Source: a virus. From it: a stretch of DNA of 64,000 nucleotides. Each line of letters begins with the position of its first letter. Position 1 is the first letter of the stretch. The stretch spans positions 31,999-95,998 of the IMG/VR virus record IMGVR_UViG_3300045988_019421; one strand, written 5' to 3'. The notes under the pieces are model-generated. The model saw nothing but the letters and a program-made list of their open reading frames with translations, made no database searches and was not told the origin of the DNA. A program made the translations under genes and the position numbers. Below, in pieces: positions 1 through 10,371 of this stretch.

Positions 1-315
1 GGCGGAGCGAAGCGACGCCTAGATAAAGAAGTATTAAGAATAGCCAATGCAAAATTAATACTTTCAGAAGAGTATAAAAGTCAATATGAATCCTACAAGA
101 AGTTATACGAACTAAAAATTAGAGATAGCTACTTGCAGGATTCTATTATATCTAAGCAACGTGAAGAAATAAAGAGGATAACAATACTAGGAAATCAAGC
201 TATTGTTAATCTTAATAAGGAATATAATAAGTCTAAAAGGTATAAGAAGCAACGTAATGGATTCATAGCTAGTACAAGTGTGCTAGCTATTCTTGTTGCT
301 ATACTATTAAAATAA
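1..315 (+). CDS. Partial CDS (5' end outside the window); coiled-coil protein with a C-terminal hydrophobic anchor, function unknown
   Basis: Frame 1 is open from nt 1 with no stop, so the TTG at 133 in the ORF track is probably internal. The sequence is Lys/Glu-rich and heptad-like, then ends in FIASTSVLAILVAILL. Nt 4-17 (GGAGCGAAGCGACG) is an exact copy of 46647-46660. Confidence 0.5.
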   Translation, partial: GGAKRRLDKEVLRIANAKLILSEEYKSQYESYKKLYELKIRDSYLQDSIISKQREEIKRITILGNQAIVNLNKEYNKSKRYKKQRNGFIASTSVLAILVAILLK

Positions 316-327
316 CTAATTATAAGT

Positions 328-2625
328 ATGGAACTTAGTGAATATCCCTTTTATCAATTCTATTATGAAGAAGATAAAGGAAATAAATATAAACACGCAA
401 GAGACTGTGGATATAAAGACCCATTCGACCATTTTTTAATAGGAGAAAGTGGAGGGTTCTTAATGAATATTGACCCACATAAGCGTTTTGTTAATACAGA
501 CCTTCTACGTCCTGCTGCTGTTACTTATGAGAAGGAAGGAGTTTATACTAAATTTGCAGTAGATAGTATGCCTCATATAAACTTTCGTAAACAGGAAACT
601 CTACGTAGACTTGTTGGTTTTAAAGCTCCTTGTCTTATGGATACTAGAACTGGCGAGATAGAAGATGTCTATATTACTGGTGAACATTATAATTTTATTA
701 ATTATGGTCGTATTCTTAAACTAGATACTAAAACACTTCGAGTAGAAGAAGGTAAAGTTACTGGTCGTAAGATAAGAGGATTTCCTAGATTTATTGATTG
801 CCAATGGTGGTACTTCTTAATTAAACAGTTTTGTCGGGAGAACGGTTTGTTCCTTATTAATGATAAGACAAGACGTGGTGGATTTAGTTATATGGAAGCT
901 ATTGGTTCTGCTAACTTTATTAATCTTACTCCTAACCGTGCTGTTATTCATGCTGCTAGTGATAATAAGTTCTTGGTTCAATCAGGTGGTTTATCTGACT
1001 TTATGAAGAAACAAATTATCTTCTATGAATCTAATACTCCTTTTGCTAGAGGTATAGCTAAGATTGATGCTAGTGATTTTATCTTAGGTTACAAAGACCC
1101 TAGTACAGCTATTATTGATGATAACAGTTGGAATAGTGCTTGTATATCTGTATCTACTAAGAATAATCCTTCTGCTGCTGTTGGTAAGGATGCCGGAGAA
1201 ATCAAATGTGAAGAGATGTCAGAGTTTGAGAACTTTGATGATTTTATGGATGTAACTGAACCTACTCTAAAGACTGGCTCTGTTACTACTGGTTTTCTTA
1301 ATGCTTGGGGTACTGCTGGTAAAGCTAACGCAGGTTGGGTAACATTTGAACAAAATTTCTATGACCCTAGAGGTAGAAACTTTATGGCATTTGAAAATGT
1401 ATGGGATAAAGATAGTAGACCGGAAGTATGTGGTTACTTTAAACCTTATTGTTGGGGACTTGAAGGTTATAAGATTGGCGATGATAATCAAATTGCTACT
1501 CTTACTTCTCTTGATGATGATGGTAATTCTGATATAGCTCTTGGTTTTCAGATAGCAGAAGAAGAACGTGCCGCTGAAAAAGCTAAGAGTAAATCATTTG
1601 CTAAGTTTATTAGTTATTGTGGACAATATGCTAATATGCCTAGTGAATCATTTAGTTCTGTAAGTGAGAATATATTTAGTAGTGAGATATTAGATGAATG
1701 GGAACAAGAACTAAAGATGTCTAATAAGTATAACTTCTATATAGATGGTAAGTTTGTAGAGTATGATTCAGATAATTTCGAGTTTATTCCTAATGAACGT
1801 ATTGCTGCTACTGGTGGTGTATTTAAGAAAGACTACTTTGATTATATTAAGAATGTTCCTCGTCACTCTAATGAAGACCCTGAAGGTTGTATTCGTAAAT
1901 GGTTTAATCCAATTAAAGTAGAATACATAGATAAAAAGACAGGTCAGCTAACTAAAGGTACTCCTCCGGGAATATATAGTATTAGTTATGACCCTGTTGG
2001 TATTGATAAAGATAAGAAAGAACTTACTAATAAACATTCACATAATAGTATTAAAGTTTGGATGAATCCTTGTATATATAATGGTTATCGTCCTAGATTA
2101 TGTGCTGTATATTATGGTCGTCCTGATGAACTAGAAAAAGCAGATAGAATCTGTTATTACTTTGCAGTTACTTATAATTGTCTTGGTACAACTAATGTCG
2201 AGATTAATCGTGGTGAAACAGTTAGTAATTTTAAGAAGTGGAAAGCTATTAGATACTTAGGTTATCATCCAGTTCATTTATGGGATACTAATATTAATAC
2301 TAAGAAGATTAATACTATTGGTTATGATATTAGTAGTGAAACAGTTAAACTTGATGGTCTTCGAATGTTAAAGGAAATGTTGTATTCCCCCATAGGGAAG
2401 TTCGAGGATGGTCGTGATATGCTTGTTCTTCATACTATATATGATTATCAGTCAATACTAGAGTTAAAGAAATGGTCTAATACTGGTAACTTTGACCGTG
2501 TATCTGAAATGATTGTTCGTGGTATTGAATGGGCTGCTAATGATAAGTTTGCTAAAAAGCAGCTTGAACATAGACAGAGAGTGCAAACAGAGAAAGAAAA
2601 CTTTTGGAATCGTAAACGTTATTAA
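328..2625 (+). CDS. terL: Terminase large subunit
   Basis: 765-aa ORF. It has a P-loop-like segment KTRRGGFSY and C-terminal RNaseH-like nuclease signatures (ISYDPVGID, AVTYNCLGTTNVEINRGE) typical of TerL. It sits just upstream of a small ORF and a portal-sized ORF, as in crAss-like phages. Confidence 0.8.
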   Translation: MELSEYPFYQFYYEEDKGNKYKHARDCGYKDPFDHFLIGESGGFLMNIDPHKRFVNTDLLRPAAVTYEKEGVYTKFAVDSMPHINFRKQETLRRLVGFKAPCLMDTRTGEIEDVYITGEHYNFINYGRILKLDTKTLRVEEGKVTGRKIRGFPRFIDCQWWYFLIKQFCRENGLFLINDKTRRGGFSYMEAIGSANFINLTPNRAVIHAASDNKFLVQSGGLSDFMKKQIIFYESNTPFARGIAKIDASDFILGYKDPSTAIIDDNSWNSACISVSTKNNPSAAVGKDAGEIKCEEMSEFENFDDFMDVTEPTLKTGSVTTGFLNAWGTAGKANAGWVTFEQNFYDPRGRNFMAFENVWDKDSRPEVCGYFKPYCWGLEGYKIGDDNQIATLTSLDDDGNSDIALGFQIAEEERAAEKAKSKSFAKFISYCGQYANMPSESFSSVSENIFSSEILDEWEQELKMSNKYNFYIDGKFVEYDSDNFEFIPNERIAATGGVFKKDYFDYIKNVPRHSNEDPEGCIRKWFNPIKVEYIDKKTGQLTKGTPPGIYSISYDPVGIDKDKKELTNKHSHNSIKVWMNPCIYNGYRPRLCAVYYGRPDELEKADRICYYFAVTYNCLGTTNVEINRGETVSNFKKWKAIRYLGYHPVHLWDTNINTKKINTIGYDISSETVKLDGLRMLKEMLYSPIGKFEDGRDMLVLHTIYDYQSILELKKWSNTGNFDRVSEMIVRGIEWAANDKFAKKQLEHRQRVQTEKENFWNRKRY

Positions 2626-2627
2626 TT

Positions 2628-2894
2628 ATGAGTTGGTTAACAGAAAGCAACAGGTTAAAACATTTCCTCTACGCAATCCCATGTGGATTACTAGGAATAA
2701 TGTTAGTAGTAGGCTTAGCCGTAGGCATGGAATTTAAAGATAAAATGTATGGCGGTAAGTTTGATTTCTTGGATATTTTAGCTACATTGCTTGGCGGAAT
2801 GATAGGATTCGTATTAATGCTAGTTATAGTAATAAGTACGGGTGCTATTAATTGGTACATTAATATACTTATTAAACTAAGCGAATTGTTATGA
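2628..2894 (+). CDS. Small membrane protein (2-3 predicted TM helices)
   Basis: 88-aa ORF packed tightly between TerL and portal, with an ATGA overlap at its 3' end. Hydrophobic stretches: LLGIMLVVGLAVG and LLGGMIGFVLMLVIVI. Confidence 0.6.
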   Translation: MSWLTESNRLKHFLYAIPCGLLGIMLVVGLAVGMEFKDKMYGGKFDFLDILATLLGGMIGFVLMLVIVISTGAINWYINILIKLSELL

Positions 2895-5323
2895 TTGATG
2901 CTAAGCTAAATGCTCGACTTGGGGACATGCCTAAACAGCGTGTCCCTAATTCTGAAAAGGATGAATATTGGGCTGGTAGAACAATAGATTATTGTATTGC
3001 TGCCGGACTAGCGTGTAATGATAGAACTAAGACAGAACAGCTTCTTGAAATACTTCATGGAGAAATGCCTGATGAGTTCTATCGTAAAACACTTAATCCT
3101 TATAATGCTACGAAGGAAAACTTTAAAAGATTTCCTGCTACTCTAAGGAATCTTGATATTATTAATGATGTAGTTCGTCGTTATTTATCAGAATATGTTA
3201 AATCTCAACATGAATTTATTGTTGGTGCTAATAATCCTGAAATCATTATGGCTCGTGATGCTGCTATTCGAGAAGATATAGTTAAGCGAGCTATGTTAGC
3301 GTTTCAACAAGAACTTCAAAGGAGAATACAGCAACAACAAGCTGAAAATGCTCAACTAGAAGCTCAAGGACAACCAATACAAGAGGTTGACCCTGAACAA
3401 TTAGCAGCTGATGCAGAAGAGTTTGAAAAGAACTTTATTGATAATTATATAGATGAAATAAGTGCACAAGCTCAACAACTATTAGAAATTATTGATGATG
3501 TTCTTAATAACGAGACAATAATTCCAGTCGAATACTTTAACTATATCGTTACAGGGGAAGTTTATAGTTTCCATACTGTTCGTGGTAAAAAACTAGTTAA
3601 AGAGTGGGTTCCAACTACTGATATGTTTCCTGTTCCTAATGGAGAACAAATGGTATCTAAGTATGATATTGTAGCTCGTAGAATGTTAATGAGTTACAAT
3701 CAGGTAATAGACCAATTCTCCGATGAATTATCAGATGAACAACTAGAGTTTATAACTAAATATTATAATCCTAGTACAGTTGGTGCTACTCGTACACTTA
3801 GTCTTAATGCTTATACTTATTATTTCCCTGAAAAGTGTAAAAGCTATGAGAACGATAATAGAGAGATATTCCCTTCTGATGGTTATGATTTAAGATTAAA
3901 GAACGGAGAACTACTTGAAGTATGGCATGTTAATTGGAAAGGTTATACACAAGTTAAGATACTAAAGTACATTAATGAGGTAGGATTAGCTGATGAGATG
4001 ATTGTTCCTGATGATTTTGAATTTAATCCTGAACTCGGACATATTGAGATAACTTCTGTATATAAACCACAAGTTTACGAAGGTTATCGTATAGGAGGTC
4101 AACGTTTTGGTATATATCCAGGTGGTGCTAAACCTATTCCTTTCCAATTAGACGACGATGTTAGATTGCAGTATTGTGGACTTCAAGAAGTACTTCCTCA
4201 AATGGGAAGATTCTCTATTGTAGAAATACTTACTCCATTTCAAATATTAATCAATATCTTCTCTTATCATAGAGAGATGATGATAGCTAAGAACAAGATG
4301 TTTATTCTTGTTGCAGCTAAATCTTTATTTGGAGAAGATGCAGAAGAAGCTATTTATAATATAGCAGCAGAGGGGATATTTCCTTATGATGATGCAGAAG
4401 ATATTAATAGTACTAAAGCACAATCTATTAAAATGCTTGATGCTAATATATCTGGTTATATTACTGAAATATCTAATCTTATTGAATCTATTAAAGCTAG
4501 TGCTCGTGAAATGGTAGATATGACACCACAACGTTATGGACAAATAGCAATTAGTGCTGGTAAAGGTACAACAGAAGAAGCTATTATTCGTGGTTCAATG
4601 GGTACAGTTATTATTAACTATATGTTCGATAAGTTCCGTGAGGACGAATATCTAATAGATTTAAATAATTCCAAGTTAGCTTGGATAGATGGATTAGATA
4701 CTTCTTACTATGATAAGTCAGATAGAAAGCAATATGTCTCTCTTAATGTAAATAATCATACTCTCGGACAATACGTAATCAAAGCTAAAAACTCTGATAG
4801 AGAAACAGAGAAGTTTGAACAACTTAAAGAGTGGGCTTTCAACGCTAGTCAAAATGGAGATTTAATGTCTGCTGTTGCTGCTATTACTTCCGGTAATATA
4901 TCCAGTCTTAAACTAGCTATTAATCGTTATCAAGAGATTCGTCAGAAGAATGAAGAATCGCTTAGACAATTAGACCAACAATTAGAAGAAGCTAAGAATA
5001 AAGCTGTTCTTGAACAGATAGCTGCTAAGGGGGAACAAGATGCTAGGCTAGCAGAAATCAAAGGTTATTATGATTTACTTGCTAAAGGAATGGATACAGA
5101 AGCTGCTATGGCTGCTTTAGCTAATCAACCTGTGCAAACTGCTTCACAAGATAATTCTGCTGAACTATCATTGAAACAAGCTGAACTAAATGAAAAGAAA
5201 CGAGCTAAGGATTTAGATATGATTAACTCTGCATTAGATAGAGATAATGAACTAAAGATAGCTAAAGAGAATAAGAATAAATATGATAGTCCTAAGTCTA
5301 AATCTAGTTCTACTAAGAAGTGA
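2891..5323 (+). CDS. Putative portal protein
   Basis: 810-aa ORF two genes downstream of TerL. It has a Gln/Glu-rich coiled-coil segment and a basic C-terminal tail. Size and synteny match crAss-like portals. No diagnostic motif was verified. Confidence 0.65.
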   Translation: MIDAKLNARLGDMPKQRVPNSEKDEYWAGRTIDYCIAAGLACNDRTKTEQLLEILHGEMPDEFYRKTLNPYNATKENFKRFPATLRNLDIINDVVRRYLSEYVKSQHEFIVGANNPEIIMARDAAIREDIVKRAMLAFQQELQRRIQQQQAENAQLEAQGQPIQEVDPEQLAADAEEFEKNFIDNYIDEISAQAQQLLEIIDDVLNNETIIPVEYFNYIVTGEVYSFHTVRGKKLVKEWVPTTDMFPVPNGEQMVSKYDIVARRMLMSYNQVIDQFSDELSDEQLEFITKYYNPSTVGATRTLSLNAYTYYFPEKCKSYENDNREIFPSDGYDLRLKNGELLEVWHVNWKGYTQVKILKYINEVGLADEMIVPDDFEFNPELGHIEITSVYKPQVYEGYRIGGQRFGIYPGGAKPIPFQLDDDVRLQYCGLQEVLPQMGRFSIVEILTPFQILINIFSYHREMMIAKNKMFILVAAKSLFGEDAEEAIYNIAAEGIFPYDDAEDINSTKAQSIKMLDANISGYITEISNLIESIKASAREMVDMTPQRYGQIAISAGKGTTEEAIIRGSMGTVIINYMFDKFREDEYLIDLNNSKLAWIDGLDTSYYDKSDRKQYVSLNVNNHTLGQYVIKAKNSDRETEKFEQLKEWAFNASQNGDLMSAVAAITSGNISSLKLAINRYQEIRQKNEESLRQLDQQLEEAKNKAVLEQIAAKGEQDARLAEIKGYYDLLAKGMDTEAAMAALANQPVQTASQDNSAELSLKQAELNEKKRAKDLDMINSALDRDNELKIAKENKNKYDSPKSKSSSTKK

Positions 5324-5371
5324 ACACTAAGTTATAATTAGCTATATACCATTCTCTATGATTCAGACGTG

Positions 5372-5397
5372 CCTACGGAACTTTCCGTAGGGTTTTT
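5372..5397 (+). terminator. Rho-independent terminator after the portal gene
   Basis: CCTACGGA (5372-5379), loop ACTT, TCCGTAGG (5384-5391), followed by GTTTTT. Confidence 0.65.
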
Positions 5398-5632
5398 CGT
5401 ACCCATAGAATCGACGTAGATAGCATTTCCTTCGCCTCTGTTGCATTTACCCTATAAAATGGATGAACTGTAAAGGAAAGCATTAAAATGCCGTGACGGG
5501 TCTTAAAATGGCTCATTCTTTTGCCCTGTATCGAACGCAAAATTTCTGCTAATAAGATTAACTCTAGTAATACTTAAATACGAATACGGGCAATTCTAAA
5601 CCTAATAATAAGGGTATTCAGACTAGTAAGAG

Positions 5633-5663
5633 TTTGCTTTCTCATATTATTAGATTACATTTG
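5633..5663 (+). promoter_or_regulatory. Bacteroides-type sigma-ABfr promoter (TTTG-N19-TACATTTG)
   Basis: TTTG at 5633-5636 and TACATTTG at 5656-5663 match the published -33 TTTG / -7 TAnnTTTG consensus with 19-nt spacing. The next ATG (5694) is 30 nt downstream. Confidence 0.55.
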
Positions 5664-5693
5664 AGTGAAAGTAATAATCAAAACATATTTATT

Positions 5694-7004
5694 ATGGGAA
5701 CTTTTAGTAGTAATAATGATTTAGATTTAAGTACTGGTAGTATTGATAATGGCGATACTACTAATACTGGAGGTCAAGGTACTGGCTCTGGTGCTAACGG
5801 CAATCCTGCCGGACAGGGACAACAAGGTGCTGGACAAGAAGGACAACAAGGACAAGGTGGAAGTGCTGATACTAGTACTGTTGATAATGGAGGTGAAAAC
5901 CAACAGGGACAACAGGGACAAGGAGAAGGACAGCAAGGAAGCTCCTCTACGGGGGAAGAAGTGGTATTATCAGAAGGTGATACTGTAAACGTTGATGGTG
6001 TAGATTATACTATTGATGCTAACGGTAATGCTCTTGCTGCTGATGGAACTGTGTTCCGTACTGCTGCTGAACTTGCTGAACTTATATCTCAAAATGGTTC
6101 TGAACCAAGTATTCTTGAACAATTACAAACTCGTTTCGGTTCTGATTTTAAAGATGAAAATGGTAATCCTATTGTATTTGATAATAATACAGAAGGTGTT
6201 GCTGCTTATGTTGATACAGTAATTCAGAATAGAATTGCAGAAGCTCAAACTGCTGCTCTTAATAATCTGTTTGAAACTTATCCACAAGTAGAACAAGTTA
6301 TCAATCATCTTAAACTTAACGGTACTCTTGAAGACTTCGTAGAAATTCCTGATAGAAGTCAAATTACTGTTAGTAAAGATAACGAAGAACAACAAGCTAC
6401 TTTCATTCGTGAAGAATGGAAACTTAGCGGTAAAAAAGGAGATGTAAATAAATTCATTGACTATTGTAAGAACGCTGGTATTCTTTATGATACTGCTGTT
6501 GAATCTAAAGAAGCTGTTGATAGCATTTATGAATCTCGACTTGCTGAACAGAAAGCACAAGTAGAAGCTAAAGAAGCTGCTGCTGCTGCCGAAGAGAAAG
6601 CATATTGGGATAATGTAGAAAAGACTATTAGTAAAGGCGAACTATTAGGTTATAGTATTCCTGAACAGATTCAATGTAACAAAGACGGAAAGAAAGTAAT
6701 GCTTAGTCGCAAAGACTTCTTGAAGTATGTGTCTACTCCTGTTGACAATGAAGGTAATACAGCTTATATGTTAGACGAAGCTAAAGTTGATTCTAATGCT
6801 CGTATGCAGGATGATTTACTTAAAGCATTTCTTAGGTTTACTGGTGGCGATTATGCTAGTCTTGTCGGTATGGCTGTTAACAAGCAGAAAGTTCTATCTA
6901 TTAGAACTACCGCAGCACAAACTACTGGTAAAAGGACTGTTATTATCAATAGTAAAGGTAATAATTCTAAGACAGTTGATAATGACCAACTAGTCTTGAA
7001 CTAA
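5694..7004 (+). CDS. Hypothetical structural protein, scaffold-like (Gly/Gln-rich N-terminus, coiled-coil C-terminal half)
   Basis: I prefer the ATG at 5694 over the ORF-track TTG at 5634 because of the promoter geometry. The gene lies between portal and the MCP-sized gene. It has a low-complexity GQQGQG region and Ala/Glu/Lys-rich helical segments. Confidence 0.5.
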   Translation: MGTFSSNNDLDLSTGSIDNGDTTNTGGQGTGSGANGNPAGQGQQGAGQEGQQGQGGSADTSTVDNGGENQQGQQGQGEGQQGSSSTGEEVVLSEGDTVNVDGVDYTIDANGNALAADGTVFRTAAELAELISQNGSEPSILEQLQTRFGSDFKDENGNPIVFDNNTEGVAAYVDTVIQNRIAEAQTAALNNLFETYPQVEQVINHLKLNGTLEDFVEIPDRSQITVSKDNEEQQATFIREEWKLSGKKGDVNKFIDYCKNAGILYDTAVESKEAVDSIYESRLAEQKAQVEAKEAAAAAEEKAYWDNVEKTISKGELLGYSIPEQIQCNKDGKKVMLSRKDFLKYVSTPVDNEGNTAYMLDEAKVDSNARMQDDLLKAFLRFTGGDYASLVGMAVNKQKVLSIRTTAAQTTGKRTVIINSKGNNSKTVDNDQLVLN

Positions 7005-7020
7005 CTAAATTAAAACGAAT

Positions 7021-8496
7021 ATGTACAAATTAAGAGAAGTCGAAAGAGGTAGATATGATGATAGAGGTTACTCTAATGAGCAATCTCTTGCTGCCTTAAT
7101 GATTCAAAAACCGGAAGAGATTAACAACTTCCTGACTTACACTTATGGTATGGAAGATGACCGATTCCCGCTAACTTTCCTTACAGAAGGACAAGGTGCT
7201 GCTGGTGTTCGTGATATTACTACTGTTGAGTGGACTTGGAAGACAATGGGTCGTCAGAGATTCAATGATTACATTGTTTGGGCTGATACTGGTGATACTA
7301 CTCCGGGTATTGGTGGTAAACCTATTAAGGTTGAGTTTGCTACTGGTCTTATTATTGAACAGTACGGTTTGCTTGCTCCTGATGGTAAGACTGCTGTTCG
7401 TGTAATGCGAGACCATGGTGCAGGTAGTCATGGTGGACATTTGTATTCTTTGCAGTTAAAGAATCCAGATAAGAGTGCTTATGTTGACCCTGCTAATCTT
7501 GAAAAAGGTAAGTATTGGTGTATGTTAGCTCCGTCTATTCCTGAATCTTATTCTAAGGGTAACAAGACTAATGTAATGGGTCCTGGAGTTATGAAATCCC
7601 AGCTAGGATTCAAGCGTTATAGCAAGGAAATTGCAGGTAACATTAGTAATGTTATTGTTAGTTATGCTTTCAAGACTAAAAGCGGTGGTACTGATACTCG
7701 TTGGATTAATGAAGAAATGCGCCAGTTCGATGTTCAGATGCGTATCTCTAACGAGATTGATTTATGGACATCTCGTTACAATCGTACTGTTAATGGTACT
7801 ATTGATATGAAGGATTGGGATAATGACCAACCAATTCCTGAAACTGCCGGTATGTTTGAAATCCTTGAAGAATCTAACTACGATACTTATGGTGAATACT
7901 TGCCGCTTAGCAAGCTAAAAAGAACTATTGGTGACGTAGTTGATAAAGATACCGATACTGGTTCTATGGAGATTACTCTGTATGCAGGTAAAGGTGGTAT
8001 CGAAGATTTCGATATGGCTATCCGTGAAGATGTTAAGTCCGAAGGATTCATTACTCCACTTGGAGAGAAAATGATTGGTGAAGAAGGCGGTGGTCTTACT
8101 TATGGTAAATACTTCCGTAAATATAAGACTATTGACGGACATACTGTTACTTGTATTCATCTTCCTTTCTTGGATAAATCTCCTATTGCTGAAACAGCAA
8201 AAGCTAATGGACTTATTCATCCTCGTACTGGTTTACCTATGACATCTCACAAACTGATGTTCATTGACAACTCTGTATATAATGGAAATCGTAATGTTCG
8301 TATGGTACGTATGAAAGGTCAGTCTTACCTTGTTGGTGTATTGAAAGGTCTTACTCCTATTCCACCGTCTTGGGGTTCTGTTCCTAGCAATTCTATATCT
8401 ACGGATATTGATAAATCTCAATATGAAGTTAAGATGTCTCGTGGTCTGCAAGTAGATAGACAAGAGAAGATGTTCATGTTGGAATGCGTACTCTAA
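7021..8496 (+). CDS. Putative major capsid protein
   Basis: 491-aa ORF directly after the scaffold-like gene. Its size and position fit crAss-like HK97-fold MCPs. Codon use (ggt/act/cgt-rich) suggests high expression. No motif-level proof. Confidence 0.6.
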   Translation: MYKLREVERGRYDDRGYSNEQSLAALMIQKPEEINNFLTYTYGMEDDRFPLTFLTEGQGAAGVRDITTVEWTWKTMGRQRFNDYIVWADTGDTTPGIGGKPIKVEFATGLIIEQYGLLAPDGKTAVRVMRDHGAGSHGGHLYSLQLKNPDKSAYVDPANLEKGKYWCMLAPSIPESYSKGNKTNVMGPGVMKSQLGFKRYSKEIAGNISNVIVSYAFKTKSGGTDTRWINEEMRQFDVQMRISNEIDLWTSRYNRTVNGTIDMKDWDNDQPIPETAGMFEILEESNYDTYGEYLPLSKLKRTIGDVVDKDTDTGSMEITLYAGKGGIEDFDMAIREDVKSEGFITPLGEKMIGEEGGGLTYGKYFRKYKTIDGHTVTCIHLPFLDKSPIAETAKANGLIHPRTGLPMTSHKLMFIDNSVYNGNRNVRMVRMKGQSYLVGVLKGLTPIPPSWGSVPSNSISTDIDKSQYEVKMSRGLQVDRQEKMFMLECVL

Positions 8497-8522
8497 GTTA
8501 AACAATTAAAATTGAAATTATA

Positions 8523-9704
8523 ATGGAAGGACAAGCACCAAAAGCCGGAACATTCGGCAGTAGTCTAAATAATCCAAATCCTATGCCTAGTGCTACTACA
8601 CAGGCTAAAACTCCTAGTGCTACTACACAGGCTAAAGCTCCGGAAACTCCTAGAGAAACCTATGAACAACTCCTTAAAAAAGGAGATGGTTTAGATAGAG
8701 ACTTCTTTGAAAAAAGATATATTACAATAGCTCTTGCTACTGATATTACTATTAACTCTGTTTATCGTCAAGTTAATGCTAGATATATCGTTGACCGTCA
8801 TGATAGCATTGGTGGTAGTATTAATTCAGCTAGAATCTTAACTAGCAACTATAAAGAAATGGAAGCATATATGCCTTCTCTTGTTGGTTGCTCCGTTAAC
8901 TCACAGGAATATATTACTCGTGTTCAACGTTGGTTCAATAGCATATCTATTCCTGTTGATGGTGAAGGAAAGAAACTTAATTGTTCTTTCCAATGGAATA
9001 AGAAAAGAGATTATCTGAACTATAAGATAGATGAAACAGAGATTATCGAAGAATATGATAATGCTGAAAAGTCTAATCCTAAACAGTTGAAAGATGCTAT
9101 TGCTAAATATGTAACTAAGATTAATGCTCTTGAAGCAACTCGTTATCAATACGGACATCCTATTAAAGTAGATGATTACTTAGCATATCGTCATTGTTTA
9201 CTTTATCCGATTGTAGCTAAAGACGTAGCTATTATTAGCTTCGACCCTCGTGTTAAATTCTATATTAAAGATGAACAACGAGAAAACAATCGTCTTAAAC
9301 GTAATCGTATTCAAGCCAACAAAGCAAGACGTAATTATCTTGATGCTATTGATAACGATGCTAAGTTCAAAGCTATTTTCGTATGTTATTCTGCTAGTAA
9401 CAAACAAGATGTATTATCTAACTTGTTACTCGATAGAATTATCCAAGAAAAGATGCTCGATGACTTTGCAATTAAAGAGCCGGAGAAATTCAACAAACTG
9501 TTTAACAATTCACAAATTGAGCTTCAAGCGTTCATTGAAGAAGCTATTGCCAAAGGTGAGCTAGTTCGTTCTGATGTTAATCAAACTGTTCTTACTCCCG
9601 AAGGTGGATTTATCGGAGCTAACATGAAAGAAGCGTTGGCTTATTTCAGTAATCCCGAAAATGCTGATTATAAAAGAGCACTTGAAACTAAACTAAAATT
9701 ATAA
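8523..9704 (+). CDS. Hypothetical virion protein with a duplicated PSATTQAK N-terminal segment
   Basis: 393-aa ORF in the head gene block. It contains a 27-nt tandem duplication at 8586-8639. Confidence 0.7.
   Translation: MEGQAPKAGTFGSSLNNPNPMPSATTQAKTPSATTQAKAPETPRETYEQLLKKGDGLDRDFFEKRYITIALATDITINSVYRQVNARYIVDRHDSIGGSINSARILTSNYKEMEAYMPSLVGCSVNSQEYITRVQRWFNSISIPVDGEGKKLNCSFQWNKKRDYLNYKIDETEIIEEYDNAEKSNPKQLKDAIAKYVTKINALEATRYQYGHPIKVDDYLAYRHCLLYPIVAKDVAIISFDPRVKFYIKDEQRENNRLKRNRIQANKARRNYLDAIDNDAKFKAIFVCYSASNKQDVLSNLLLDRIIQEKMLDDFAIKEPEKFNKLFNNSQIELQAFIEEAIAKGELVRSDVNQTVLTPEGGFIGANMKEALAYFSNPENADYKRALETKLKL
8586..8639 (+). repeat. 2 x 27-nt in-frame tandem duplication
   Basis: CCTAGTGCTACTACACAGGCTAAAACT (8586-8612) is repeated at 8613-8639 with one A>G difference. 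Confidence 0.9.
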
Positions 9705-9716
9705 TAACTATTTATT

Positions 9717-10370
9717 ATGAAAGTAGCAGAGATACATAACGAGTTCATGCTTCTAGCTCAACAAATGGGCATGAAAACTGTGCGAGCAATACTTCCCGAA
9801 CAGGTAGACGAAATAATCAATTTAGAGACTATCGAATATGTGAAAGATGTTTTCTCTCGTAAAGGTAATCGTGAACTCGATGGTATCTCTGATAACGTTA
9901 TAAGATTAACAGAACTTAGTCCTCTTCATACTAGTATTAAGATTGAAGCTAGACAAGAAGATATAATGTTTGGTACTGGTTATAAGATAGAGTTAAACGA
10001 CTGTCCAAAACCCATGTTCTATACATCTGTCTACTCCTTTAAGGGGAATAAGTCTTATCGTTGTAGATTAATAGACTTAGACTTAGTGAGTGAAACGATG
10101 AACGATTATCATTCAAAGTCTATTGTTATAAGTCCTATATGTTATAAGACTGAATCTAATATTGAAGTAATAGCGACATTTGAGATAGAGAAGTTCTTAG
10201 TTAATTATATTAAGTATCCTACTCTAATTAGTATTGCAACTGATACTACGAATGAATTATCAGATATTGCTATGCACGAAGTTATTAAGAGGGCTGTTAA
10301 TACCTTTAATGCTATCTCTAATAATAATAGTTATGAGAAAGTTTCAAACGAATTATCTAAATTAGAATAA
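9717..10370 (+). CDS. Hypothetical structural protein
   Basis: 217-aa ORF, tightly packed, in the head/neck gene block. Confidence 0.7.
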   Translation: MKVAEIHNEFMLLAQQMGMKTVRAILPEQVDEIINLETIEYVKDVFSRKGNRELDGISDNVIRLTELSPLHTSIKIEARQEDIMFGTGYKIELNDCPKPMFYTSVYSFKGNKSYRCRLIDLDLVSETMNDYHSKSIVISPICYKTESNIEVIATFEIEKFLVNYIKYPTLISIATDTTNELSDIAMHEVIKRAVNTFNAISNNNSYEKVSNELSKLE

Positions 10371-10371
10371 A

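Noticed and set aside
5324-5632. Possible tRNA genes in the GC-richer intergenic islands (5324-5632, 32773-33060, 49859-50027, 63841-63960).
   Set aside because: I could not build a cloverleaf. There is no GTTCRANYC T-loop with a matching 7-bp acceptor stem. tRNAscan-SE/ARAGORN should still be run.
5700-5950. GGACAACAAGG-type nucleotide repeats in the scaffold-like gene as a separate repeat element.
   Set aside because: They are explained by the in-frame Gly/Gln low-complexity protein segment (GQQGQG repeats).
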